64,000 nucleotides of DNA from Bispira polyomma (Eukaryota), in the NCBI GenBank assembly GCA_965649765.1, contig OZ287753.1, forward strand, positions 63,922,001 through 63,986,000, given 5' to 3'. Of the stretch, positions 39,201 to 51,195 are shown in pieces. The notes below the pieces were generated by a model, which saw only the letters and a list, made by a program, of their open reading frames with translations, was not told the DNA's origin and did no database searches. The translations under genes were made by a program, and so were the position numbers. Positions within the stretch are counted from its first letter, which is position 1, and each line of letters begins with the position of its first letter.

Positions 39201-41263
39201 CTTAATCTTTAATCTTTCAAACAGATGAAGAGTGTTGGAGCAGGAGTCCTTACCATATGTTAACAACATTACTGTGCTAACTTTAGAGGATATTTCCTGC
39301 TCTTAAAACTCTGAAAAAATAGCTCGAGAGCAAAAAAAAGAGAGGGCATAAGTTAAAAGAGTTAAAAAAAATACTCATATATTTAGTATCATATTACAAA
39401 TATGCAAGGCTTAAGTTTATGACAGTTATTTTTCAACTTTTGTACAAATCTGTTTTAAGTATAATTATCCATATAATAGTATATATACTCGTATAATCAG
39501 AAACTTAGTACAATACTTCAGTTTAAGGACATCTATATATATAATCTTTAAATGTAAAAGTAGAGTTATGTGATAAAAAAATATATAATATGAGTATAAT
39601 TGCTTTTTCAAAAATCATTATAATGGACCAAGTACTTATACAGCCTTGATTAAATAATGTCTTAAAAACTTTACATGAAGCAAATTATAATGCTCACTTT
39701 AAGTTAAGTTAAAAACATAATGTACACACACCATGTAATTGTCAAAGATTTGAAGAGTTCTATAAAAGCTGATGATATATATTTAAAAGACAGATCAGAG
39801 CAAGTGAAGATAGAATTTTGTAACATTTTGTACCATCCTTTTCAGAAATGTACACCTTTAGTTGCGATAGTGCGCTCATTATATTAGTTTTGAAAGTGTT
39901 GCTGTAGGTATCAAATTCAGCGTCCCATTGACTTGTAATAGAACGACTATATTTACCAAATGTGGACAATTTACATTTAAACTTTCTGTGTAATTTTAGG
40001 AACAGTTTACAAGTTATTGGTGTGGGGGTGTACAATGATTTCACTTTGGGAATGAGAGATAGAACTAACTTAATGAAATCATCCTTAATAAATTAGATAT
40101 AATACCATAAAATCGTAAGATAGAGATACAACCTATGAACTGGGGTTGATAAATTTACTACTTGTTTATTAACTTAATTAATAAGACCTTGTGGCTAATA
40201 GGCATGACATTGTAAATTTAAATCTCATATGATTGATTACACGTCTTCATTTGTCACAATAATTTGACATCACTATTCTACATGTCATGCAGTAGTAGTC
40301 TACCCTTTGGGATTATGTAAAAGCAGTCTCTTTCTTTAAGTTTGATGGGCGGACTTTAACATGTATATTTTCTGGTTGCATATTCTTTTTAACAGTAACT
40401 TACCAGTTGGATTACATACATTTTGTAACAATTTTACATTTCTTTCCTTTTACAGATGAATGTCGAAAATGCAAGAAAAAGAGCCGACGTATGAATGTCA
40501 AGACTTACTGCAGCCAAGACTTTGGTAAGAATAGGAAATAGTTCTTACCAGCTTTCTCTTCAGTTGAAGAGGCTAATTTTACTGATATATAGTAGAAGTT
40601 AACTCAAAGTAAAACCAAACCCTAAACATTCGATCTATACATTCCAGTCGAATGCACACGGTTGTATGTAAGCTCATGTATATCTTAAAAACAGATATAT
40701 TTTTTTAAAACAGCAAGATAAAATTAAGTTTTTTATCTCTTGGGAAACAGTTACAACAAACGTGTTCTACTTGAAACAAATTCTAGTTAACAGGTTCAAT
40801 TTCACTTTAGAAATGTAGCAATGGGAGACCTAAAAATAACTTCCTACTTAACCAGTGATTCCAGTAATTACAGTTCTACTAAAAAGGGATTTAACTGTAT
40901 ATAAATATAATATATTTTGGTTATATATTTTCAGCCATCCAAGCAGACATTGTAAAGAGGGAGACGAGAGGGACGTATGTCAAGTTCACAGCCAACATCC
41001 TGAAAGTCTACAAAAACAGTGGTGCCAGTAAGATCCGGCGCGGGGAGACCGATTTCTGGGTGTCGCTAGAAGACCTCTCCTGTAAGTGTCCCAAGATACG
41101 ACTCAAACGTAGATACCTCATCATCAGCCAGAACAGCAAGAGTGCCAACAGGATAGGCTTCACGCTAAGTCGCAAAAGTAAAGTACTGGCCTGGAAGGAT
41201 CGCTGGGACAGTCGGATACGAAAGTATCAGAGGAGTGAAAAGTACGGGAAGTGTTACAACTAA
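5166..41263 (+). CDS. NTN1: Netrin (secreted axon-guidance cue; laminin VI - LE1/LE2/LE3 - C345C/NTR). Spliced CDS: 5166-6210, 14398-14586 and/or 14671-14859, 30746-30895, 35591-35638, 40456-40524, 40935-41263; 609 aa with one LE2 exon, 672 aa with both
   Basis: Signal peptide, [55 protein letters not shown], the LE repeats and C-terminal CKCPKI are all netrin hallmarks. All introns are GT-AG phase 1 and join in frame. Confidence 0.96.
8192..8386. mobile_element. Tc1/mariner-type MITE, family A (TA-CAGTAGAACCTCTATTATC termini)
   Basis: Terminal inverted repeats tacagt...attatccg / gataatagaggttctactgta with TA flanks; multiple copies in the window. Confidence 0.7.
12431..12738. mobile_element. 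308-bp non-autonomous DNA transposon with perfect 24-bp TIRs
   Basis: GTGTATGTACACATGTATGCGGCT at 12431-12454 and its exact reverse complement at 12715-12738; GC/CpG-rich interior. Confidence 0.8.
14398..14586 (+). CDS. NTN1: Netrin LE2 (V-2) exon, copy A: [63 protein letters not shown]
   Basis: Acceptor ctttcag| at 14397, donor ACAG|gtattt at 14587; 189 nt, phase 1-1, 8 conserved Cys. Confidence 0.93.
14671..14859 (+). CDS. NTN1: Netrin LE2 (V-2) exon, copy B: [63 protein letters not shown]
   Basis: Absent from the ORF track, translated by hand. Strong polypyrimidine tract with ttgcag| at 14670, donor AAAG|gtagga at 14860; 189 nt, no stops, 8 Cys. Confidence 0.92.
24682..24862. mobile_element. 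Tc1/mariner-type MITE, family B
   Basis: cagttgaaccctcttaa ... ttaaaaggggtttgact termini; related to 49740-49917. Confidence 0.6.
25618..25816. mobile_element. MITE family A copy
   Basis: tagaaactctattatctgaac ... gttcggacattagagtttcta inverted termini. Confidence 0.65.
28781..28990. mobile_element. MITE family C copy (opposite orientation)
   Basis: agtgtaaggaatcta...tttgccacc ... gtggcaaattttagatttctta. Confidence 0.7.
29573..29745. mobile_element. MITE with TACTGTAAATTC terminal inverted repeats
   Basis: tactgtaaattct at 29573 and agaatttacagta ending at 29745. Confidence 0.6.
30164..30357. mobile_element. MITE family A copy
   Basis: tacagtagaacctctat ... gataaaagaagttttactgta. Confidence 0.7.
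30746..30895 (+). CDS. NTN1: Netrin LE3 (V-3) exon: [50 protein letters not shown]
   Basis: Acceptor atcag| at 30745, donor A|gtaagt at 30896; 150 nt, phase 1-1. Confidence 0.95.
32898..33050. repeat. 153-bp near-perfect palindrome with GGCC-GGCA-GGCC apex, probably part of a foldback non-autonomous DNA element extending to about 33240
   Basis: Arms gtactttattggagaatcaaggac / gtccttgattctccaataaagtac and ataatggac / gtccattat are exact reverse complements. Confidence 0.8.
34530..34604 (+). CDS. Candidate alternative linker exon of netrin ([25 protein letters not shown]); alternative in-frame acceptor gives start 34518
   Basis: Perfect donor AAG|GTAAGT at 34604/34605 in phase 1. Two frame-preserving AG acceptors (34517, 34529) with weak pyrimidine tracts. 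Thr/Pro/Ser-rich content matches the linker. Confidence 0.45.
35591..35638 (+). CDS. NTN1: Netrin 48-nt Pro/Thr-rich linker exon ([16 protein letters not shown])
   Basis: tttcag| acceptor, CTG|gtaagt donor, phase 1-1; occupies the position of the V-to-C linker. Confidence 0.85.
40456..40524 (+). CDS. NTN1: Netrin C345C domain first exon ([23 protein letters not shown])
   Basis: Long pyrimidine tract with tacag|, donor TTTG|gtaaga; CxxC...YC..DF pattern of the NTR domain start. Confidence 0.92.
40935..41263 (+). CDS. NTN1: Netrin last coding exon (C345C/NTR domain, [10 protein letters not shown]...KYGKCYN*)
   Basis: tttcag| acceptor at 40934; open frame continuing into ORF 41060-41263 with DLSCKCPKI and RYLII; stop TAA. 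Confidence 0.94.
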
Positions 41264-42106
41264 TAGAGCCTTGCATTGCCACACACACTATAGAAACTTT
41301 GTTATAGAGATATTGAGGGAGGGAGGGCTATTCTTTTCTGTTTCTCCTATCTCTTCATCTATAAAACGATTATTATACGGCGGCGACTTGGGACACATTT
41401 TTATATATATGGATGTATAAATATATATATGTATCAATATATATTTAGCCCAAGATCATTTAAGAGGAAGAAGAATTATTTGTTGTTAAATTTGGAGGTT
41501 GTACATGTGTATATGTTGTTTATTAAGTGAAGAGAGAAAAACTTGTGGTCGCCTGTATACCACGGAGGAACATATATCTATATATATATATCACACAATT
41601 AAGAGAGTGTGAGAGAATAAAAGAGAGATATTAACAAAGTATTATATTCTTCATATTATAAAATTGATGTAGAGTCTCATTTTTGTTGTTGTTACTATTT
41701 TGATATCCAATGGTTTTATATATTTATATCCACACATTTATATATATATAAAATGCTCTCTATGTTCCCAGACTGTGATGTGCTATATTCTGTATAAGTT
41801 GAAATCTATGTTAATGCGTTTCCAGTCTTAAGAAATATATTGTGTGTCAAGGTCACTTCAAATACACTGGTTATTAGATTAATAATTATTATGTTACAAA
41901 TTGTCCTGTGTAAATTATTTCACATTTTTACTAGCGTTCCTTCCATAACAATTATGTAGAGCAAGCATTTCAGGATTTTTTTCTCTATTGATCATTTTAT
42001 GAATGGGGCATTTAGATATGAAATTAGGAGTGATAGAAGTCTAGTTAATACATAACATGCAAGAACTTTACAATCTTTAGTTAGAAACATTTAGAACTCA
42101 ATATTA

Positions 42107-42284
42107 TACAGTCAAATCTCTATTATCCAAACTTCTGTTATCTGAATATTTTATTTTATGAACTCATTTCCGCTCTCACAAAAATTGTAAGTGCTATCTA
42201 TTTCTTTTTCCTATTTTACAAATCTTCTATTATCGGAACAAAATCTTGCTTCCAACTTGTTTGGATAATAGAGTTACTACTGTC
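42107..42284. mobile_element. MITE family A copy (in the putative netrin 3' UTR)
   Basis: tacagtcaaatctctattatccaaac ... gtttggataatagagttactactg. Confidence 0.7.
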
Positions 42285-42755
42285 TTACTTTCTTTTCCCA
42301 GAACTGGTACAAACCTGGCAAGGTCACAGTTATATATGTGTATAAGTTTTAGAGTATAACGTTTTGTCCGTGATTGTTATTATATAAAAAGGGAGAAAAT
42401 AAATAGATAGTTTATATATCCGTGTTGTAAGATAGATGTTGTATTTATTGTCGAACTTTGTTATGGATTTTTCTTTGTAACTCTTTTGTACACAAGTGTG
42501 TATGTATATTGTGGAGTGATTGGTGTGTGTGTGAGTGGGTTGTGCTTTATATTAGTAGAAAACCAACTACACGTGTAGTTTATATAGTAAAATACGACAT
42601 GTGCTTCATAAGCACACGGCTGATTTACCTTCCAACAAGTACTAGAGTTCCTCTTTTGTGGGGTTTTAGAAAGAAAAGGGGTGTATTGAATTGAGATGAT
42701 AAGTTAAAAAGAGGGAAAAAGAGAAGGTTTCAGGTGTACATTTTTTTAGCTATCA

Positions 42756-42976
42756 AGAGTAAGGAATCTGAAATTTGCCAACCCTCTAAAATATAAGCCA
42801 AATCAGTAAAAAAAAAACTAACTAGAAAAAATAACTAGAACTTTAGGTGAGTCAGGCAAACGACTCACACAAGAAATCTTAATTTTAGCAAAAATTACCT
42901 ACAATTCTAGCCAAAACACAACATTTTCTTGGTGACGAATTTTAGATTTAGTGGCGAATTTTGGATTCCTTACTCT
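42756..42976. mobile_element. MITE family C (AGAGTAAGGAATC TIRs)
   Basis: agagtaaggaatctgaaatttgcca ... tggcgaattttggattccttactct; further copies at 28781-28990 and 50038-50262. Confidence 0.75.
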
Positions 42977-45629
42977 ATATGCAGTGAAGGAAGTTTGGAA
43001 TGTGTCACTTGAGATGGTGGCCTTTATACTAGACACAATACAGCTGTGCTGTATCCTCTACTTAAATATAGACAATATAAAAAACTACGGGCCCATTCTC
43101 CCCACCATCTTGGTAGCAGTGTTCCTAGTTTAAGGTAGTTGCCAACAAAAGGATATTTTGTCACTTCTCATTTACGTTCACACCAGTATATAGAAAACTA
43201 TATATTTTCATTCATGCATTAACTGGAGAAGTTCTTGAATTTCTCTCTCTAGTCCAATAACGCAATATTTTTTAATTTCTTCAAGTTGCTTTTTTTGTAC
43301 TTCAAATATGGCCACTTCAGAAATAATATTACAGTGAGGTGCAGCGTATTATATACATTACAGGAAGTTGTGAAGTAGTTGATTCTCAGTATATGCCTTT
43401 GTAAATTGCACTTCGTCAAATATACTGGAGTACATTTGATTTACAGACAGAAAGTACTTTGTCCTTTTTGAAAAAATTTGTCAAAATATATTATATTTTT
43501 TTGACTAAAAGAATATGATTTTATAGATGAAAATCATTGTAAATCTGTTGTATATGCAATAAAAGAAACCACTTGTTCTATTCCTGAAATGGAATTCTAA
43601 GTCTTCTGGATGCACTAGATTTGTGTTTTCAGGATTGGGTCAATGTCGGAGATATGACTTGATTGTAATGTATCGTGGTAGTATTTTGTAGTGTAGCTAG
43701 TGGATGATATTCTGTAATCAAATGTAAACAATTTGTAGTTCCACAAAAGCTTTTCTCCTTTACCATCTTCACATGTTATAAAGAGGAAATCCTGTCTAAC
43801 TTGCGAATTATTTTTTCTGATTCCCTTGAGGTTCCACTTGAAAGGGGTTCAACACCTGTAATTCATAATACCCTATGGTTTAGGAATAGCTGTAAAAAGC
43901 TTTGTATCAGAACCTATCAAGGAACACTTGTAACATGTAAAACTTAAAAGAAGCTTTCTAAAGTAGATAGACAGTTTTGTTTTCTCACTGACTTTAATTT
44001 TTAAAGACACAAGTGGCATAATAATAATAATACTCACACTAATTGCATTTCCTAGGTTTCTCTTACTACAAAATATTGTTTAATAACAAAAAAAAATCTC
44101 TTGTTTTGTAGAATATTCACCTTGGGTGTGAATCCGCCTGTGAATGCTTTGCACATACAGCCAAAACCATAATTGCAGTAGTGTACATGTGCTTGATGTG
44201 TATCTCGATATTATTACTCCAAGAAACTAGTCAAAATATTTATTGTCAAAAGGCATGTAGATATACGTATATTAAATTTATTAAGCTGTACATATTTACC
44301 CTAAAACTGTTGTGTAACTTTATACGTAAAAACCAAGTGAAATTGGAAGGGTTTTTAATATTAACATAATCGCATAATTGTGAACATAAGCTTTTGAATG
44401 AGTCAATATAGCTGTAGAATTACTTGTTAGAGAAAGAGATAGAATTTCTTTGGTACGCATCATTGAATAGTTGAGAGACTGGACCTATGGCAGGACTTTT
44501 AGACCCATTCATATGTTGAGAGATAGTTGTATGTTGTGTAAGTTATCTTTTAATAACTTTAGATTTAAATAAAACCTTTTACTTGTTGTAAACTTGTGAA
44601 TGCAAATATTTGGATTAACAATATATGACCATTACTTTTCATTGTTAAGCCAATTGTAAAACTTTAAACTGAAGAAATCAAATATGAAGGAGACACAAAT
44701 GACCGCTAAGATATGCTATTCGTTGAGAATCGATGGCTGTGAATATTTGATTGGGTTCCTAATTGTATGGAATATCATTCCATAACTTCGAATTTATGTA
44801 AATATAGATGTACACATTTGTTTATTTCCCCTGGAGCGAAAATGCTATACATTTGTATCTGTGTACAAACCTTTATAATATATTTAATCTACAGAAATAC
44901 ATTGCACTTGAACAAGTTAGATTGGAGCATTGGCTTTGGTCTATGATTGTATTAACAGTACCAGCTTTTTTTAAGGCTTTAATCAGAAAATTTTACCGAT
45001 ACAGACTTATATTATTTTAATGGTGCAGAAGCTACAACTTAAAGTTAAGGTACCTTGTGTAATGAAAGTTTATAAATTGTTTAGCAAAATGACATGAAAA
45101 TGTTTCACAATGACTAGAAGTTGTTCAGAGTCTCGATGTAGCAGTGTTGTGTGATAATACATGCAGAAAATACTTTTGTATAAACCATTTTTTTTGCTGA
45201 TGTTTTGTAAGTAAATAAAATACAAAAAATTGCATTGCTAGCATCAGGATGACCAGTTATATGAATTCGTAATGAATTCATCTCAAATAAAGTTGATGTT
45301 ATACTCTGTGTAGAAAAAAAACAATAATAGCACCTGTTAAACTTATGATGCACCTGTATATTTAATTTATTAGATACTATGCTTAATAAACTGTGCAAAA
45401 ACAACATGTAATGTAAAAAGAATTTAAATGTTCCCCCAAAAATTTGTATCGGTCTTACAAAACTGATTTCAAAGCTGCAAGGTTAATAAAGGTAAAATAT
45501 CTTTTTGTTTTGGTAAACTATGAAACCTTTATATAATTCGCATTTAAGATGTTAATTATCTTTGATTGTATATAATGTATGTTAAAAGTCGAATAAACTT
45601 AATATGTGTAACTGGTTTGTATTTATCTA

Positions 45630-45843
45630 AATGAAATGAGGTAGGACATTTGTTCTAGCGCACTTATACAACACATGGCCATTACAAATGCGCTTCCTCG
45701 TGGGCAGCCACTATGGGCGCTGAGGCTTGGTTGAGAAGGACCATTTATCAACGTCCCCAAGGATCTTTATTCTGCCACTGGAGATGGTACCCAGTAATGG
45801 AGGGCCTCCATTTTAAGTGGTCATCCGAGCCACTAGACAAACT
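45630..45843 (-). mobile_element. 5'-truncated copy of the same SINE family as 1865-2128
   Basis: Aligns by eye with about 1865-2080 (aggacatttgtt...caaatgcgcttcctc...gcagccactatggg...tttaagtggtcatccgagccactag). Confidence 0.78.
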
Positions 45844-46079
45844 TGTGTTACAAGGCATGTCTAATATGGATTCCATATTTAAGCCCTATTATATATACTG
45901 GAGACTCACTGAAAGTATTTGCTTTAGATTAACTCTGGTCCAAACTAAAACTTTGAGATTTGAGATACAGGGTGTCGGGTGTACCATACTTCAGACAAAA
46001 CTCCCGAGTTGTCACCCAGGTCACCCATATACTCCTATGGTAATGATCAAGAAATATATGGGTATAGGTTCCAAAAGAA

Positions 46080-46147
46080 CTTCAAAACCCGCAACCTCTG
46101 GATCATAAGGCCTACACTCTACCAGGTAAGCTAGAAGGGAGATCCCT
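46080..46147 (-). mobile_element. tRNA-like head of a second SINE family (degenerate)
   Basis: Reverse complement TAGCTTACCTGGTAGAGTG...CCAGAGGTTGCGGGTTTTGAA has A-box and B-box-like motifs; no complete cloverleaf. Confidence 0.5.
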
Positions 46148-48645
46148 ATTAGCCAAGCCAGTAGTAGTGATTTTATCACATTTTGGGATCCGTTAAAATA
46201 CACCAAACCTTGTTTTTGTGGGTAACAAATTTCAAAATTTTTGTAAGATAGAAAAAACCTACCATAGTTAAAAAATGGGTCAACAGTAGCAGAAAGAAAT
46301 GGAAGATTTCATTGGAAACTGGTTTCTATACTATTTTTTTTATAATTGTTTCTTTTGTGTTCAAAACTAACAGTTCTGTAGCACTAAAGCCCTGGTTATC
46401 TAATTTTCACAGTTAACTTTCAGCCTTTTTTCCACTGTCTGCTTATTTGTATCTTTGTTTTATAAACTGAACTACGCTTTTAAAACTCTACTACCTTAAA
46501 AAGCTTCTGTTGTCCCAACAAGATCTCACTTTACTTAAGGCGTTCAGATGACTATCAAGAACAACAGGCAATTCTTAGCTGAAAGATTTCCCGTGGTTAA
46601 AGGCCAAACATCTGAAAGGTCATCTGTAAAAAATGTCTGAAAGTCGTGACGTTTTCTTGTGACATAAGGTCAAACAAGGTGTCGTATGGGGTAGCTATGT
46701 GGTAAACATGCAAAATTGGTGGAACATCTGCCTAATTGTGAAGTAACTTGGCACTTCAGGTTGGTATAAAAGGTTGAGCAAAGTAAAAATTGTAAATATG
46801 TTGCCAATAGCTGAAGTAGGTAGATTTTGTGGTAAATAACTTTTCTGTCCAGGAATGTTTTGGAATCTTTTGGGAAAAGTGTCCCAAGTGTGCATAAAGC
46901 CCTAAAATTATATGTGGTACACCTTATGCACAGATATCTCTTCTGTTTGACAAAAAAAAAAAAATGCATGAAAATTTAATAGAAAAGTATGTATTAGGCA
47001 ATACTATTTAAAACAAGACATACAGAGTACAATGTATCCGTGAAGAATGATATCTACTATTTTGATTTTACTGAAACTTTAAAAATGAAATCAAAATGTT
47101 TTTTGTAAAGCTCTACTGAACATTTTACAGAAATTTATACAAACTTGACATTTTTATCATAAGTAAAATTTCTCAATGGAAAATATACAGAAAATTTTAT
47201 GGTACATTGTTCAAATAAAACACAGGTTATGTCCTAACAATGGCATCGTCGGTCATTAGATTAAAAATTACAGTAAACTCCCTCAAAACACCCCACGCTT
47301 TCATAATAGCCCAAACCCAAGTTTTCCATAAATACAGTTAAATTCTTGTACTAAAAAGTAAAAGAACGTTCTCTTTGGAGTCCATCACCTAAATATCCTT
47401 AAGTCCACATTAAAAGCCCACAGGAAATTCAGAGAGAGAAAGTTTAGGGTAATTTGATTTTTTTTTACATTATTCAACAGAACCCACAATGACCTCAATA
47501 TACCAGCATTCTACACATTATATAGAAAACAAGTTATATACACTGTGGCATAAGTTCATAATGTTCTTTTTAATAACTTTGTACACATTTTTTACACGTT
47601 TGGATAGGTATACACCTTTATCTGCATTACATTTTAAAATATCTGGTTGTCAAAAGACATCTCTTCCTTCAATGCTATATTCCTATCAAGGCCCTATAAT
47701 ATCGCATTCATGCTGGTCTAATATTGCACTACAATTAGTCCATCTGTAAAGGTGCAGTAAAAAGTTTTATTGACTTACGGAAACCAATATTGCACAATGT
47801 GAAGCGAGGAAGTCAACAAGGCTGCATCTTTAAAGATGTAGTAATTGTTTTTATTATATGATTTTATTGTGCGACTACACAGTCACTTGGATCTATTTTT
47901 AAATAAATAAATCTTAAATAAATTTTCGTCTGCAAAACATTCTTTTCGTCTGTAAAACAAATATTCAACGAGGAAGTTTTTCTCTCAATACAAGAATATA
48001 CTAACACCCCTGTTCAATATCACATTTGATATTGTACCCCCTACCCATCAATTTGTAAAATGTTATTGTTTTTTTTGTGAGTAAAAATCCTACCAATTCC
48101 TAACATGTGCTTATGTTTGACTCCCCAGGAGACAGCTCGGTCATAATGAAAAGTCACGACACTATCCAAGCCGACCCCATTAGTATACACCGAATACTAG
48201 GTCCTGACTCCAAATATAGAATAGGTGGTAAGGTGTATGTATCACAAATTCTTCTGTAGAATAAGACTACAATAATATACAGGTATCCATGTTACATAAT
48301 ACTTCAGAGTACATCATATATATATATATACAATGTCATATCTAGGAAACTGTCTGCTGATGTCTCACAACAAAGTTGCCAAATACATTTCATGTCCCAG
48401 GCTCGCAGCACTGACATCGACAGCTGTCAAAAAAGTACATCTTCTGATGAGGAAACATACCTACAAAAAAACAAAAATAAAGCTACAATGCTATATATAA
48501 AATATGAGCCTTGGTAAGGGTTTTAGTTTATGTAAAGTCCTTTTAAGTAGATTTGGGAAAACTAGAATTTACACAGGAAGACGATTGCAATGAATTGTAA
48601 GTAGATTGGACACATTCCATTTTCTCTAACGAGTAACACAGCAAT

Positions 48646-48752
48646 GGCGGTATTCACCATACGACTAAGTGTAGATATTGTCCCAAATCTAGTACAAAGT
48701 CCACTACATCTAAGACAAGGTCTTAGCTTAGACCTTTTGTGAATATCGCCCC
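48646..48752. mobile_element. Short PIF/Harbinger-like MITE
   Basis: ggcggtattcac ... gtgaatatcgcc inverted termini with internal ctaag/cttag repeats. Confidence 0.5.
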
Positions 48753-49739
48753 AGATTACTTGAAATTAACAAAGTATTTGACCAGATGTTCCAGAAACAT
48801 AACACTTAACATAACCTCTATCCTGTTCTTGGTAGTAATATCAAGGTTAATCATATGTGAACATCAGACCATAATACTCTACATAAATGTACAACCCACA
48901 ACTGAATATTTGTGTACCAGATGTTAACTTCCTTTATCTCAAAGGTGCTGGAAAAAGTCTGTGATCACTGTGATGTGTAAACAAGGTCATAAGTCATTTG
49001 ACGTCAATGTCATTGGGTAACATAATACAAATAAAATTAGATGTCATAACGTTAAAAAAATTGAGGACATCATACAAATCTTGATGCATTTGATCTTTAA
49101 CTTTGGGGGTCCCAACGACATATTCTTTGACCTTCCTTTCAAAAAAGAAGCACAAGTTCTAAATTTGCAAGGGTAAGATGGAATAAAGGACTCTTAACAA
49201 AAATAGAAGGGCCACAGCATTGTCTCATGCTAAAGAGAACAGACATTTGCATGCAATTCTTCATCACCCACAGCAACATCCTGTGTTAAAGGACTGAACA
49301 GGTCACATGTAAAGAGTCTATTCTTAGTAAAAATCTTAAAGCATGATTATAAGCAAGATCAACTATTACAGCCAAATGGGACAAAATATACATACAGCTG
49401 AAAGCAACTGACAACATCTTTCTTTTTCTTGGTAAACAACTAAATTTGATGATCAATGCTCAACTTGAAATGGTACATGAATAAATGATTTCTTTCTTTC
49501 TTACATTGTTTAATGAAACATGGCATACTTATGAAATACATGTACCTTAATTGTATCAAATTTCTAAATACTTTATGCGTATGTGTGCTTTATATATATT
49601 GATGTTACATCTTTATGTCACGCATCAGAAATAAGGACAAAACATACATTATCTCTTAAACTTGAAATGTTTAAAGATCTACAAGATAAGTGGATTAAAA
49701 AATAAAATATCAGTTTAATCCCTCTTTAATCAAACCAAT

Positions 49740-49917
49740 TACAGTGGAACCCTGCTAAGTCAAATCTGAAGGGATCATAAAAAGTAGTTCTACTTAACAG
49801 AAATTCTACTTAATAAGGTAAATTTTAATTATAAATATAGCAATTTTACCTTAAAAAAACTTCTACTTAACAGGTAATTCCACTTATCTGAGTTCTACTT
49901 CAAAGGGTTTGACTGTA
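49740..49917. mobile_element. MITE family B copy
   Basis: tacagtggaaccctgctaag ... aagggtttgactgta, with internal ttctacttaa repeats. Confidence 0.65.
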
Positions 49918-50037
49918 TGACTGTGTTTCTCCAATTAATGAATATCTTTTACCACAAACTGCTGCTAGTTAAACCCGAGAGAGAACAAGGGAAAACAAGT
50001 TATAGACACTGTGGCATAAGACAACAGGCTCGGTAGT

Positions 50038-50262
50038 AGAGAAGTGAATCTAAAATTCACTGTATCTGAAATTTGCCACCCCTAAAATTTAAGCCAAATT
50101 TTAAAAGCTGGCCAAAAATTACTGGAATTTAGGTCAGTAAGGCAAAAATAGTCACAAAATTTTCAATTTCAGCAAATTTTACCCACAATTCTACCAAAAA
50201 AACACAACATTTTCGAGGTGGCGAATTTCAGATACAGTGGCGAACTTTAGATTTCTTACTCT
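50038..50262. mobile_element. MITE family C copy
   Basis: Interior co-linear with 42756-42976; ends gtggcgaactttagatttcttactct. Confidence 0.72.
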
Positions 50263-51195
50263 AGTAAGGAGAGAAAACCTCCCTGCTCTGTGTTATAAGA
50301 CATAGAGGATATTAAACAGATACAACACACAGCACTATCTGGTGTTAACAGGGAACAATCCTCCACAGTAACGGTTCTCCTCACATTTATAGCCTCTTCG
50401 GGCATTTGTTATGAGGTGTTAAATATGTGCTGCGGCATGACAAAAAGGCTGCTCCTCCAGATCATAACACTGGCAAAACAGAGTACATTACTCTTGGCTG
50501 TACCGGTATAAAATAGAACCAATTAGTAATGTATGGTGCAAAACACACACTTGGAATAATTTACGGGCTTTAGGCATTAGTTCTAGGTTTTCTTCTTTTC
50601 AAAGAAAGCAAAAGATATTTCTTGTGATATTGGGGATGGTTTAAGTGTAGTAACTAACTGTATGGTTTAAATCAAAACACAAAGATTATTTGTAACCATT
50701 CCATATGATATCTCCCTACAAATTCAAAACATTACATGCTCAGTTTTCTCTATGAAACACAGTCATGATCATGTGCAAATAATGAGTATTTAAAGTGCTT
50801 AGCAAGCAGTGAGTTTTCATTATCATAAACCACAAGGAAAGTCATCTGAAGGTAAGTCTTAGGAATGCAACAATAAGTGGCATCATTTCAAAGAGTTTGT
50901 CTGTTAGAACATCACACCCTCGCTAATCTTACTTCCACAAATTATCTGTCTGGGTTTAAAAAAAATCAAATTATACCAACAGTGCTTCCAATCACTTCCA
51001 GAATAGAGATCGCTGATCCCACAGAAGAATTGTCAGAAATATTACATGTTCTAACATAGCATCAAAGATGCCGATACACCACAGTCACACTGTACGTAAG
51101 TAAACAAATGTTTCATCATTTTCTGTAAAGGTGAAGCAAATATAAATATGTAAGGGGTATTAGGGGTATCAACTAATACAGTAGAGGGCTGTAAT

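Larger units (their letters stand above)
41264..45610 (+). other. Probable long AU-rich netrin 3' UTR with several AATAAA signals (about 41596, 43558, 44568, 45592)
   Basis: T/TG-rich non-coding sequence downstream of the stop. The true 3' end cannot be fixed without RNA data. Confidence 0.35.

Noticed and set aside
46080-46147. Functional tRNA gene
   Set aside because: Degenerate T-arm/B-box and no acceptor stem pairing; better explained as a SINE head.
48444-48460. CTGATGAGGAAAC, hammerhead-core-like string
   Set aside because: No stem II between CUGAUGA and GAAA, and no stem I/III pairing found.
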